Of a DNA stretch of 64,000 nt, positions 50,901-61,760 are shown piece by piece. This DNA comes from Haliotis rufescens. Taxonomy: Eukaryota. The position numbers were made by a program, and so were the translations under genes. The notes beneath the pieces are model-generated. The model saw nothing but the letters and a program-made list of their open reading frames with translations, did not search any database and was not told the DNA's origin. The first letter of the stretch is position 1; each line of letters begins with the position of its first letter. The stretch lies in the NCBI RefSeq assembly GCF_023055435.1, contig NW_025963802.1, positions 26,412,001 to 26,476,000 on the forward strand, in the 5' to 3' direction.

Positions 50901-53198
50901 TTTGGCGGTTGCCACCATGGGAAAGAAAGGATGCACAACACCATGAGACCTAAGTACTACTGGCCCAAAATGTACAGCGATATTGCTACTTATGTCCAGA
51001 CATGTGAGGTATGTCAACAGACCAAGAGGCACTACCATGGCAAGAAGGCACCACTTCGTCCACTACCTGTAGAAGAGGTCTTCACCCGATGGCACATTGA
51101 CATTCTCGGTCCCCTGCCAACAACACCAGATAAGTACAAGTACATTTTGGTCATCACAGATGCATCATCTAGATGGTGTGAAGCCTTTCCACTTCGGACC
51201 CAAGAAGCCAAAGAGGTAGCAGATGTTTTCGTCAGAGAAATAATTTGTCGTTATGGCGCTCCAAGGACCTTAATTTCAGACAGAGGTCAGAATTTCATGT
51301 CCAAACTTATCAAAGCAATTTGTGAACTTTTGGCAATTAAATTTACCCATACCAGCCCATACCATCCTCAAACAAACAGCTGTGTAGAAAGGCTCAACTC
51401 TTACATCAATCAATCACTAAGAGCCTATTGTAACAAGTCTCAAAATGATTGGCCCCGTTTTATTCCTGGCATCATGATGGCCTATCGGATGGCTCCAAAT
51501 TCATCAACTCAAAAATCCCCATATGTTATGCTTTTCGGCCGGGAAATGAGAGCTCCACAAGATGTAGCATTAATTCCAAAAGAAAATTTAGGCCACAATA
51601 ACAAAAGTTATCTTTCCAATTTGCTTGAGGAGCTTGAAATCACTAGAACAATCGCAGCTGAAAACACTGCTCGGGCTAAGGAGGTGTATTCAGAACAATA
51701 TAATAGAAAGGCTAAAGAACCAGAATTCGCCCCAGGTCAAAGAGTTTGGCTTTACTGTCAAAAAGTTGAAAAAGGCCTTTCCAACAAATTAACCAAAAAG
51801 TGGTATGGTAGCTATTATATCATCCATACAGGTCCAAATTATACCTACAAACTGCGCCGATGTTCTGACGACAAAATTCACAAACCACTGGTCCATGCCA
51901 ACCGTCTGAAGCCATATTTTGATCCTGCTGATCGTCCACAGTATCCTCCAGAACCATACCTCAATAACCCCAGTAACATAGATTCAGGAGTCATGGATGA
52001 CAACGAGGAACCAGTCAATGATACTCATCTTGACAGCAACAATTCCCCACCAACAAGTTCAACTTACCAGGCAACTGATCAATCACCTCCACAACAGAAA
52101 GGTAAGAAGGTCAATTCCAAAACAAAGGCAGGTACTTCCAGCAACAAGAGTCAGAAGCAAAAAACCCCAACAAAGAAGAAAAACCCTGCTTCAAGTACAA
52201 CAGAAAAACCTACCAGTCCCACGGCAACCATGAAGGAAAATCATGCCACACCAGGTCCTAGTGCTCCAACCAAGGTAAATGAAAAGGTAAATAAAGGGAA
52301 AAGAGGAGTGAATAGTAAGCATCACCAGCCCAAATCCAGAAAACAACCCGACGACAGCCAGGTACAACCTCCAAGTCCAACATCAGGTAATCAAACCAAG
52401 GACATCCCTCAGGTCTTCAATCCAGAGGACATCCACTCAATTGTTAGTTCCAAGAGAGCAAATGGCAAAATCTACTACAGAGTGAAATGGAAGGATCCAG
52501 AAAGAGGAAACACATGGGAGTATGGCAGCAGCATTCCAGACTCCATTCGGAGAGAATTTCACCTCAAAAGAAGTATGTCAGGAAAACGACGAAAACGTCC
52601 ACTGAAGAATCATAAGTTTTTCGACCAAAAGGATTCAGCACAAGACAATAAATCAGTCAATGTTCTGTCAGGGAATACAATGTCAGGGAATGTCCAGCAA
52701 GAGAACACCAAACCATGCATAGAATTAGACGTCAAACCATATCCAATTTTTCCAAAACACCTTCGAAATGTAGATCATGAAATAGAAAGAGTAATGGGCA
52801 TTGAAATTATTCAAGGAGACTGCTATGTCAAGGTCTCATATGGAGATGATCATCATGATTACCAAACACGCTATTTTGAAAGTGTTCCTCTCCACCTCAT
52901 ACAGCGCTACCTTGATGATAGCTGGAAGGATCTTTCTAAGTGGCCCGTTAAAGTAGACAGTTGTCCATATGATCCGACTGAACTACCAATCTATAAATCC
53001 AAAAGGGTTATTTTTCCACATGGGGACTTGGGAAACATCGACAGGTTTTACTACCGTGCTACAAGCATACACTATAGACCCAGTTCACCATTTTATGATC
53101 AACTCCCCATATATGTTTGTGAATGCCAATTGAAAATATTCCTGTGCAAAATACAAAATCTCCTAAATAAACGGTGCAAATCACGAAACAGTTATTAG
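47985..53198 (+). CDS. pol: Pol polyprotein PR-RT-RNase H-IN-chromodomain with a C-terminal extension (first ATG at 48027)
   Basis: LVDTGA, ILGENFL, YSAPIILVKK, LDLANGFFQ, LPQG, YIDD, TDASD..EKE..TDH..ADALSR, H..H..C..C, HIDILGP/ISDRG/VERLN, YYRVKWK..TWE; no internal stop codons. Confidence 0.96.
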   Translation: MSSFNLVQYILIGVMANMESGMESNFESEIPTVSLVTPLANSVIQAKFGTKTTNCLVDTGASISCISSAFLSTAFENLTLGNSPFPQVKGVGGELHKVLGSVVLDFVIEDQEFSQRFHILPTLPEAVILGENFLDDNDAVLDYSCHSLILNNSTSDRQYINFIANSVQEISGLAKTIDQIYIPPQSEIHFKVRLSETKEDSLILIEPIASLTAHSEVAGGRTLSKVKSKTATFRLMNPSQEEKVLDKGTVVGKFSYIEQGSVYEIDSDQPFISTVHTTEKRANDTRDYVKIAQELGFDLTNTQLTPDQRHRLLRFLGQNRNMFSTSLADLGKTDMHQHIIDTGNHQPVKSRPYRQSPHLQKVTEELIDDFLKYDLIEESTSMYSAPIILVKKRDGSYRFVCDYRKLNSVTLPMSWPLPVFDDVIDNIANAHAKIFSTLDLANGFFQVPLHEDSKHKTAFVTHQGLYQFKRLPQGLTNSPLCFQQLMSKVLRKLLFKVALIYIDDLIIYSQNFEEHLQHLEQVFYYLKQAKLTLKPSKCNFATDKVSFLGHVLSCGGVQVDDKKIEAIRTFPVPKSQKQIRSFLGLTNFYRKYVKNYAHIALPLNALLKKHSEAELGKKPKFQWSLECDQAFNTLKHAMSNTPVLAYPNFDKEFLLATDASDMSIGFVLSQKDEKNNEHPIAFGGRALHGSEKNWSITEKEGLALVEAIRSFRPYLANSKFTVYTDHIALKWLKSIKDATGRLGRWSLELSTYTFDIVHRSGKANGNADALSRREYEENINCNDQTEEDAEKTVFSVTSTQQSKSTSNTILPNTHSSTQVTQTTQTEDICTPIVNHLESDTQKTHWSATFEYEEDYQSVPVNVVAALHASNADVTQDTLVEVSIKEHPNLRHLQRICPDFIQIFDYKEDEVLPQNEKDRQKILIEANTFEIDEGILYRFVPQRQKGHADKFIKQLAVPRTLRNQVLQSYHDSEFGGCHHGKERMHNTMRPKYYWPKMYSDIATYVQTCEVCQQTKRHYHGKKAPLRPLPVEEVFTRWHIDILGPLPTTPDKYKYILVITDASSRWCEAFPLRTQEAKEVADVFVREIICRYGAPRTLISDRGQNFMSKLIKAICELLAIKFTHTSPYHPQTNSCVERLNSYINQSLRAYCNKSQNDWPRFIPGIMMAYRMAPNSSTQKSPYVMLFGREMRAPQDVALIPKENLGHNNKSYLSNLLEELEITRTIAAENTARAKEVYSEQYNRKAKEPEFAPGQRVWLYCQKVEKGLSNKLTKKWYGSYYIIHTGPNYTYKLRRCSDDKIHKPLVHANRLKPYFDPADRPQYPPEPYLNNPSNIDSGVMDDNEEPVNDTHLDSNNSPPTSSTYQATDQSPPQQKGKKVNSKTKAGTSSNKSQKQKTPTKKKNPASSTTEKPTSPTATMKENHATPGPSAPTKVNEKVNKGKRGVNSKHHQPKSRKQPDDSQVQPPSPTSGNQTKDIPQVFNPEDIHSIVSSKRANGKIYYRVKWKDPERGNTWEYGSSIPDSIRREFHLKRSMSGKRRKRPLKNHKFFDQKDSAQDNKSVNVLSGNTMSGNVQQENTKPCIELDVKPYPIFPKHLRNVDHEIERVMGIEIIQGDCYVKVSYGDDHHDYQTRYFESVPLHLIQRYLDDSWKDLSKWPVKVDSCPYDPTELPIYKSKRVIFPHGDLGNIDRFYYRATSIHYRPSSPFYDQLPIYVCECQLKIFLCKIQNLLNKRCKSRNSY

Positions 53199-53337
53199 CT
53201 GTATCTTGTTATGTTTTCTTGTGTCCAGTCTTTTCACTATGGGTCGCCAGTTGAGAACAAATGGCATCAGCCTGATCATCTGAGTTATTTGTATCACAAC
53301 AAATTTTGAGCATTGACCTGATCAACCAATCTCAAAA

Positions 53338-53740
53338 ACCAAGCGAAACGAACCGAAACCGAAACCGTACCAAAACGAACCGAAACCGTAACAAAACGAA
53401 TCAAACCGTACGGCAAATCAAACCGAATTGAAACGAACCGTATCACGAAAATGAAGTGAACCAAACCAAACCATACCGTGAATCGAAACGAAACGAACCT
53501 TATGGTGAATTAAATGAAATGAACCAAACCAAAGCAACCGATACTGCGAATCGTACCGAAGCAAATCAAACTATATAGCAAACCGAATGAAACCGAACTA
53601 CATTGCATTGAACCGAATTGAACTGAACGAAAATCGAAACGAAGCAAAGCGAAACAAACCAAATTAAAATAAACCAAACCTAACAAATTGACATGAACCA
53701 AAACAAAAAAAAGGCAAACCAAATAGTTACGAAAACTAAC
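53338..53740. repeat. Low-complexity AAC(C/G)/CGAA pentamer-like tract in the 3' UTR of the element
   Basis: Repeated AAACG/AACCG/AAACC units. Confidence 0.8.
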
Positions 53741-54368
53741 AAAGAATTCTAAAAAGGATATACACCTTTTGTATACCGTATTAGCGTAATAAACCAATGC
53801 ACTTGTTATATGCACATGCACATAGATGCATATATAATGCGTCTAATGATTGTATCCAAAAATAGAAGGATATTACTATTTTTCATGATATACTTTTGTA
53901 ATTTGCCGCCAATACATCTTCCTGGTCATGACACCGTTTAGTAATATTTATGTACCGATCTTTTACATCATAATTATCATATTTGTTTTATTTTCTAGTT
54001 ATTACAGACAAACTGAGAAAGTATTTATATATGACATAGTATTTGAACATGCTAACTCTCTTTTCTTTGTTTCCATGTAAAACCTCCATGGACACAGCCT
54101 ACTATCTTACAACCCCAATCCAGGATGTGGAACTCAAGGCCTCCTTCATCACCCATAAAACTACCAATACAGACTGCCCAGACAAGCCAGCTCCACATCC
54201 AGAATCCCTGATGACAGCATTTTTATATTATGTTTCCTTATATCAAAGAGACTCTATAATAATTATTATTCACTACTACCAGTTTAACTTTATACATTGT
54301 CCATCTAAGCCTTAATTATTTTTTTTTTACACGTTTGGGGTCCAAACTTTTTCAGACGGAGGGGAAGT

Positions 54369-55313
54369 TATCATGGGATAACATTTATACTAAGTTATCT
54401 TATAATAATTAGATCTACATCAAGTGCTTTTATGAGTTATCATGGTGTAATATTTATACATCATTTCATATAATTATAGTTTAAGTAATAAATATCATTA
54501 GGAAAAATGCATATATAAAATATCAGTAGTTTCAGTTAAAGCTTTTTTTAGATGGTTGCTAGCCTAAGGTAATGGGAGCGCATCTTCTAGACATACTATT
54601 CAATAAGACAAGAGTTACGTCTACATAGTTTAATTGATTTGAAGCTTTTAGATAAATGCTAGCCTAAGGTATCAAGATCCCATCTCCCAGACAAAGGATA
54701 TTTATTTAAGTATATCTGTCATCACCTACCGGGGTATATTAGAATAACATTATTTCAATTAAGACTCATTAAGGATTAGCCCCCATACAAGCTCATCTAT
54801 AGTGCATTAAGGATTAGCCCCCATACAAGCTCGTCTATAGGGCATTAAGGATTAGCCCCCACACAAGCTCATCTATAGTGACACCCTAATCTCTTTCAAA
54901 GCATCCAGTAAATATGTCAACAAGATTAGTGCCAGTCCAACAGGATAAACAGGATTTAGTATTCCCCTCTGTCTAGCCATCCATTTAGCTTAGGACACAA
55001 CCAATCGCGTATCAACCAATCACATTCCTTTCTATTGTTTAAATTTTTGTTAAATACATACTGTAGGCAGGTTTTAGGCAGAGAAGGGGTTTGACCAACT
55101 TACCAAGCAGACCTCTCTCCCACAGCCCAGAGTGTTGTACCGACTCTCTGTGGCACCCTCAGTTATTATCTAAGTATATTGTAAATTGTTAATTGTTCTT
55201 GTAAATAAAATTGTGATTAGTCTCCTGTGACTCTGGCTCTTTGCTGACTAATTCCCCAAGAAAACCAGCACGTCATTTGGAAGGTATTGTTCACCCAGAA
55301 CAGTTCCATGATA
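54369..55313 (+). repeat. 3' LTR (945 bp)
   Basis: Direct repeat of 46811-47755. Confidence 0.95.
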
Positions 55314-55840
55314 AGTGACAAATCCAGAGAAGAGTAGGTCCCAGTTGTAAGATACTGATAAGTGCTTGAGTCATCATTAAATATACATAGGCCATTATTG
55401 AAATCTTCAAGTGCTTTACCTTAATACATAGTGTTTGTGTTTTTACCTGCCCAGAGTGGGTTTTGGCCATTTAGATCACCTATGATTATACAAGGTTTGG
55501 GGAGTTGATCATTGAGAGCTTGAAGATCAGTCAGCTGAAGAGCTGGAAGAAGGCGGAATATACAGTGAGAACAAATTAAAAACGACGTTCAAAGTAAGTC
55601 AAACTGCAACGGCTTGTAGATTGGTGTTAAGTATAACAGGGCTGTGGATAACATCATTCTTAACAATGACTGAAGATCCTCCAGTGGCCCTTTCACCCAT
55701 AGGAAAAATAATGATATGCATTAAACTGATGTAAGTTAAAAATATCTGTCTGCTTTAGATACGTTTTCTGAAATCCTGAACTAAGAGCTGTAAATTGTTA
55801 ATATTACTTCTCAGTCCTCTACAATTCCATTGTACTATGT
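55314..55840 (-). pseudogene. I-group LINE ORF2 relic, upstream part (AP endonuclease)
   Basis: IVQWNCRGLRSN, IIGDLNGQNPLW, TYSSLDLS; the reading frame continues across the LTR insertion into LTDSNLLNVFE at 46810. Confidence 0.85.
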
Positions 55841-56410
55841 GTAGAAGCTATCTCTTCGGAGGAATGACGGGAGATCTACCCCTCACCTTCCTTGAAGGCA
55901 ACAAGCTGTGTGTCCTATGATGACGTTGATCACTGTTGTCAGTCACCTTCATATATTAAAATTCAAAATACATCACGCACACGAAACGTTTTGAATTCTG
56001 TTGGAAATTCCCTCCTCTGTGATATCATCCACTGTCATTTTAGACAAAGCAAAATTTCCGTGTGTTTAGAAATCTGAATATCGGATATTTAGTCGAAGGA
56101 TTGAATTTCAAAAATAGCATATTATAGTGATCACGGAAATCTGGAACCTGGAATCGTTTAGAATGTTTTGGAAATTAGCAAACATGAACGCTGAAGTGCA
56201 TTTTCCGCCATATTGGATAGTGCTAACAAAATCACATTTCATGTATGCGGGTTATCAGACACCTATTAAATCACGTACATTTCAAACTCAGCTGCTATAC
56301 ATGCATCCCTGAATTTCTCATACATTTTGGAACCAAATGACAAATGGTCTTAGTCACAAAAACAAATTATCGAGATGGCATCAAGCGAAATAAATTAGGT
56401 GTGCAAACGA

Positions 56411-56764
56411 GGTGAGGTGAAATGGGGTTTAACGTCGCGTCCAAGATTATTGCACTTATATAGCGACATGCATGCACGTGTATGTGTGTGTGTGTGGCTG
56501 CTTGTACTAGTCCAGACTAATAGCGATTTATAGTGCTAGCACACTGAGATACCATGCCGCAGGTTAACATGAATACCCCACTCAGACACAGTATACTGAC
56601 TCCGAGCCAACTAGTCCTTGTTTTAGCCCCTTAATGCTGAGCGCCTGCCAGGGTAACAACAAGTACCATCTTTTAACGTCTTTTGGTATGACGCGGCTGA
56701 GGATTGAACCCCGGACCTTCCGCTCTCCGGGCAGATGCTCTACCATTAGACCACGGAGGCGGTC
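56411..56764 (-). mobile_element. tRNA-derived SINE, second copy of the 46344-46683 family
   Basis: Colinear high similarity along the full length; flanked by GGTGAGG repeats. Confidence 0.88.
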
Positions 56765-57769
56765 GGTGAGGAAAGGAACACTGTGCTCGGAAAACTGTAC
56801 TTTTTGTGATGTAACTTCAGATTTTACACTCTCCTATTTTGAGAGATCTATTCGTCTAATTGTTGCATACATTGGCTGACGCATTTGAGAATATTTGTGG
56901 GAAGAGTTTCGTACCACGATTTTTATGGAATTAAAAATATATACATTACAATGATCAGGTAAATTCAACAGAAATCGTAAAAGTTTCCGACCTGTGTGAT
57001 GCCATGACTGATGCAAAGTCACGCACAATGACGACGATAGTTATCTGCATTTCTGACAAGTTCTCTTGGTTAGATTGGAAAACATAAAAACAAATAACAG
57101 TACACAGATTGTCTGATTGTTTCTGATTACTTACATGACACATTTATGTATAGACCATCCCTCAATCAACGACGAAAATCCTCCTCATGTGGGTTCTTTG
57201 ATCTTATCTAGTTTGCACTATCATCATCGCCTTTGTAATCCACTGATGGCGGAAACGTTTTTAGGTTCAGGTGGAGGGTCACATTATTTATGAATAGTAA
57301 GCAGTACGTCGGACGACGTCATTCATGACCGTTGTACTATGTATTAATGTGCCACTGCGATCATGAGAACAGACAAAATGCATCGATTCGATGCTAAAAA
57401 AGTGCAATTTTAGGGTGTGTAAGAAACAGATTACTGCCCTTTGTAATCTCTTTGTAATACACTCTCTACATCACAACAGCATCGGAATAAACAAACATCA
57501 GATGCAGGGATAACACTGGTGCTGTCATAACAATTGACATGTGCTAATTGTACATAGCAATTCAGCACATTTTTCATCAAATTAATATATTTACCTTGAA
57601 TATATTAATCTTAATGACTTACTATGTACATACAAGTAATCATGTGAACAGCAAATTTCTTGAAGCAAAGCAACTTCCAAACACTCAGTTGAATGAGTAC
57701 ATTACATTGTTTTCTTTCTAAATACAAGATGTAAGTGTGTAGACATTTCATTATATTTTTACCACATCC

Positions 57770-58417
57770 CACAAAATGCCTTTCTTGTATAACACATGAC
57801 CTCAGCATGATGGAGCATGATGTAGCCCATGGGCAGATTCTGCATCAACACAATGCCCTGTAGTATAACATATGACATCAGCATGATGTAGCCCATGGGC
57901 AGATTCTACATCAACACGATGCCCTGCATGTATAACACATGACCTCAGCATGATGGAGCCCATGGGCAGATTCTACATCAACACAATGCCCTGCATGTAT
58001 AACACATGACCTCAGCATGATGGAGCCCATGGGCAGATTCTACATCAACACAATGCCCTGCATGTATAACACATGACCTCAGCATGATGTAGCCAATGGG
58101 CAGATTCTACATCAACACGATGCCCTGCATGTATAACACATGACCTCAGCATGATGGAGCCCATGGGCAGTTTCTACATCAACACAATGCCCTGCATGTA
58201 TAACACATGACCTCAGCATGATGTAGCCAATGGGCAGATTCTACATCAACACAATGCCCTGCATGTATAACACATGACCTCAGCATGATGGAGCCAATGG
58301 GCAGATTCTACATCAACACAATGCCCTGCATGTATAACACATGACCTCAGCATGATGGAGCCCATGGGCAGATTTTACATCAACACAATGCCCTGCATGT
58401 ATAACACATGACCTCAG
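57770..58417. repeat. Tandem repeat, 67-bp unit, about 9-10 copies
   Basis: Unit GTATAACACATGACCTCAGCATGATGGAGCCCATGGGCAGATTCTACATCAACACAATGCCCTGCAT. Confidence 0.95.
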
Positions 58418-59350
58418 TTCAAAGGCAGTCAGTCCATCTACCCAGTACCCTTCATGTATAGTGTAAAATACATACAACAATGAATCCATATAGACCATAT
58501 ATTAAACCACATACCTACCCCAAGAAGTACTGTTTTAGAAGCACACCACCATGTAGGGCTGAGTTTTAACCGTGCCTTGCTTCTCTAATTGCAGATGGTG
58601 ATATTTATATATAATAGAAGGCAGTGACCTTACTACCAGTGGTACATCCAGTTGCCTCCCAGCAGGCTGTCACTGCACACTACACATACAGATTACTGAG
58701 AATCACGGAGTCTGAATAAGCATGACAGATTCTGTGGCAAAAGACATTTACATGTAAATATGAAACGATAATAGAAACATTATTCACTTGCATTTTCCTG
58801 ACTCCTGCTTGTGAATGTGTGTTCCAATGTGTGACAAGCCTGGGCTAAGCCTCCTTACTCTGTCATTACAGGAGATTTGTGGGGCTTTCCAATCAAATAA
58901 TATTTGACCTGAACAACTTCAACTAAAATCATGGTTATGTTATGAAACCCATTCTGCCATATTCTTATTGCTTGATTAACTCAGAAATGTTCAAATGATT
59001 TAGGCATCATGTAATGAAAACATAAATAGTCACCTTGAAGAATGAGTACAAACACATGACCAAGGCAAAGCTCTCAACTATTGTGACTATTTGCATCTCA
59101 AGAACAGCATCTCAGTCTCAAGTACAACAATGGCATTAAATTCTTGACTTGTGTTACAGAGAAGTTCATTTATATCTATTTTTATGTGTAGTCTCTTTTC
59201 TCAAAGAGAAGTCAAAACTTTTCCAAAAATACTTAACAATGAGATTCCTCCATACCAGTTAAGATCTGACATCTGACTTGATTTGAAAAGAAGTAAAACC
59301 ATCCAGACTTTCTGTGGTCAGGAGATATAGCAGTAACCAATATTACATTG

Positions 59351-60243
59351 AACAAGAGTATAGTCGACGAAGTCATCTATATCCCCCGCCCATTTTAACA
59401 CGTTATGGTCCCAAACCAGGTAACTGACCAAACATTTCTCTTAGGCCATGTCAAAATAGCTGCAATGGAAATTCTAAAAGAAACATTAATAAAATTCCTA
59501 AATATCAAATCGCACCAGTTCAGTATGTGCTTTATATATAGACATGCAATATTTGACAAGGAAATATTTAACAGTTTTTGAGTTATGCTCCGGAAACGAA
59601 CACCACCCTTATAGAACCTAAGTCCAACTTGTTGCCATGGAAACGTAAAACATTAATTTTTTATAAAACTCCTAAATAGCAAAAGGCACCAGTTCAGTAT
59701 GTGTCGGGTAAACATGCAAAGTTTTGTAAGAAATTATTTAACGGTTTTTGTGTTACGCTCCGGAAACGAACAGCACCCTTATAGAACCTAAGTCCAACTT
59801 GTTGCCATGGAAACGTAAAAAATAAAAACTTATAAAATTCCAAAATAGCAAAAGGCACCAGTTCAGTATGTGCCTAGTAGACATGCAAAGTTTTGTAAGA
59901 AAGTATTAAATGGTTTTTGAGTTACGCTCCGGAAACGAACGCTCCGGAAATGAACAGCACCCTTATAGAACCTAAGTCCAACTTGTTGCCATGGAAACGT
60001 AAAAAATATAAATTTATAAAATTCCTAAATAGCAAAAGGTACCAGTTCAGCATGAGTCTGATAGACATGCAAAGTTTGTAGAGAAATATTTAACGTTTTC
60101 TGAGTTATGCTCCGGAAACAATTTTGGGACGCACACGCACACATGCACGCACACACGCACACATGCACGCACACACGCACACACGCACACATGCACACAC
60201 GGACGGAACCCATTTCTATATCCTCCGCCAACATTGTTGGCGA
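59351..60243 (-). mobile_element. Second Helentron-associated (HINE-like) element with about 4 copies of a roughly 170-bp core
   Basis: ATATCCCCCGCC subterminal motif as in 3531-4968, GCTCCGGAAAC-marked repeats at 59587, 59757, 59927 and 60109, a CA/CG microsatellite at 60128-60207, and a CGCCAACA-T-TGTTGGCG hairpin. Confidence 0.72.
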
Positions 60244-61184
60244 CGCAAAAACGGTAGAACAACAGGGCCGATGATCTCGTCACGGTAGCGCTGTCCATTG
60301 AGATTTCCCTCTACCATTATCAAACGGGTCCTCTGTCTCGCTGAAATCCCACCCAATACAATAACGCTGCCGCCCCCGAACCGATCTTCTTCCATGACAC
60401 AATGATTGACGAAACGTTCACCTCGATGTCGGTACGCTCGAATCCGACCATCCCTGTGGCTGAGGTGCAAATGAGACTCGTCAGTAAATAGAACTTGTCC
60501 CCACTGCATGGCTGTCCAGCGTAGATGCTGTCTGCACCACTGTAGACGTGCTTGACGGTGGTTTCCTGTCAAAATTGGACGTCTGACGGGTCTTCTTGTG
60601 ACAATCCAGCGACGACGTACGGTTTGTGAAGATATTCGTTGAAGGCTAGGGATGCTTCTTGCAGTCACTGTTGCTGGCTGGAATCGATTTCATAGGTGTG
60701 TTGTTCAAATCCAGTTGTCTTTTCGATTATTGGTTATGTGTGGCCTGCCACTCCGAGGATGGTCTATGACTGCATTCGTCTGGTGTTTCTGTTGACGTTA
60801 AATTGTCTTGCAACATCACGTTGACTCGTTCCTGCTTGAAGCATACCATTGGCTTGCAGACGCTCATTTTCAGACAGGCATGGCATTTCGTAATGTTGAA
60901 TAATTGTGTAATTTTGTTGTTTTTCTGAGTGGTTGTTGTCAGCACGATGATAAACAATGCATATGGAATCCCGTTAGTGCACGTTTTTATCCCCATTCTT
61001 GGGGAGTTGAATGCATCGGGCTTGCATAAAAGTCAACTTTTGCATGGAATGCATGCTTTTCTGTAGCAGTTGCATTTTTGTGACTTGATTCCATACATGT
61101 ACTACAATGTTGAAAACCAAACTTTACTTGTTTGAAAAATACACTAAAATATTGGTGTCACAGGAACTTTTGTTGTTGAGTATA
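60244..61184 (-). mobile_element. 5' half of a Tc1/mariner transposon (frameshifted transposase starting at ATG 60886)
   Basis: MPCLSENERLQANGMLQAGTSQRDVARQFNV HTH, VLFTDES, GGGSVIVLGGIS, GNLNGQRYRDEI; truncated before the second Asp. A TA-flanked TIR-like end lies near 61156-61184. Confidence 0.85.
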
Positions 61185-61364
61185 TAATCACCTGTTAACT
61201 ATTTTACAAGGTATATTTCTAACTTGAATGAAATTATTTTCACTACAAGAATTACAATATTATTAATGTTTATTGAAATGATTATTACACATTAAACCAT
61301 TGTTTAGCTGTGCATTTTAAATGTGTATTATGATTACATGTGTGTACTTCTTTGTCTCTTTAAG

Positions 61365-61760
61365 ATCCCAGAGCTGGCAGAGCACTTTGGACTTGATGTG
61401 GCCCAGACACAGCTTGAGTGGAGTCAAGTTAAGGGGCTGTATTCTGGGGAACTTGACACCAGTTCACAATCAACCACCCTGAAGACACTGACCAGCCTCA
61501 AGCCTCAACTTGGGAATATATACCCAAACAAACATTGTGAAACTTTTATCTATCCATGCAAGTGTAATTCTGTCTACCTCTGAAGTTGATAGAGTATTTT
61601 CCAGAGTGAAGATGATAGTGGCAGATCACAGGAACAGACTGAGCATCCAGAATTGCAACAGACTTCTGATGATAAGAATGAAAATGCCTCTTCTGCATCT
61701 GACATTGTCCTGAACATAGTTGTGGGCAAATACTCTTCCAGGAAAAAGAGAAGAGTATGA
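61365..61760 (+). pseudogene. hAT transposase C-terminal dimerisation-domain relic
   Basis: YPN...STSEVDRVFSRVKMIVADHRNRLS..N.LLMI matches the hATC motif S..ER.FS....I....RNRL; frameshifted. Confidence 0.75.

Larger units (their letters stand above)
46811..55313 (+). mobile_element. Full-length Ty3/Gypsy LTR retrotransposon lacking gag, with chromodomain-bearing Pol and non-canonical termini
   Basis: Two 945-bp LTRs (46811-47755, 54369-55313), identical by eye, with TATCATGG..CCATGATA inverted ends. TGGCGGAG PBS-like site at 47759, PPT GGAGGGGAA before the 3' LTR, and a single long ORF. Confidence 0.95.

Noticed and set aside
35084-55313. Idea that the Mag-like element (gag intact, pol broken) and the Gag-less element complement each other
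   Set aside because: Different LTRs, PBS, termini and Pol lineages, with no shared cis sequences; proximity is probably coincidental.
58787-58908. AG..GT-bounded open segment considered as an upstream ferlin exon
   Set aside because: The translation shows no similarity to C2A.
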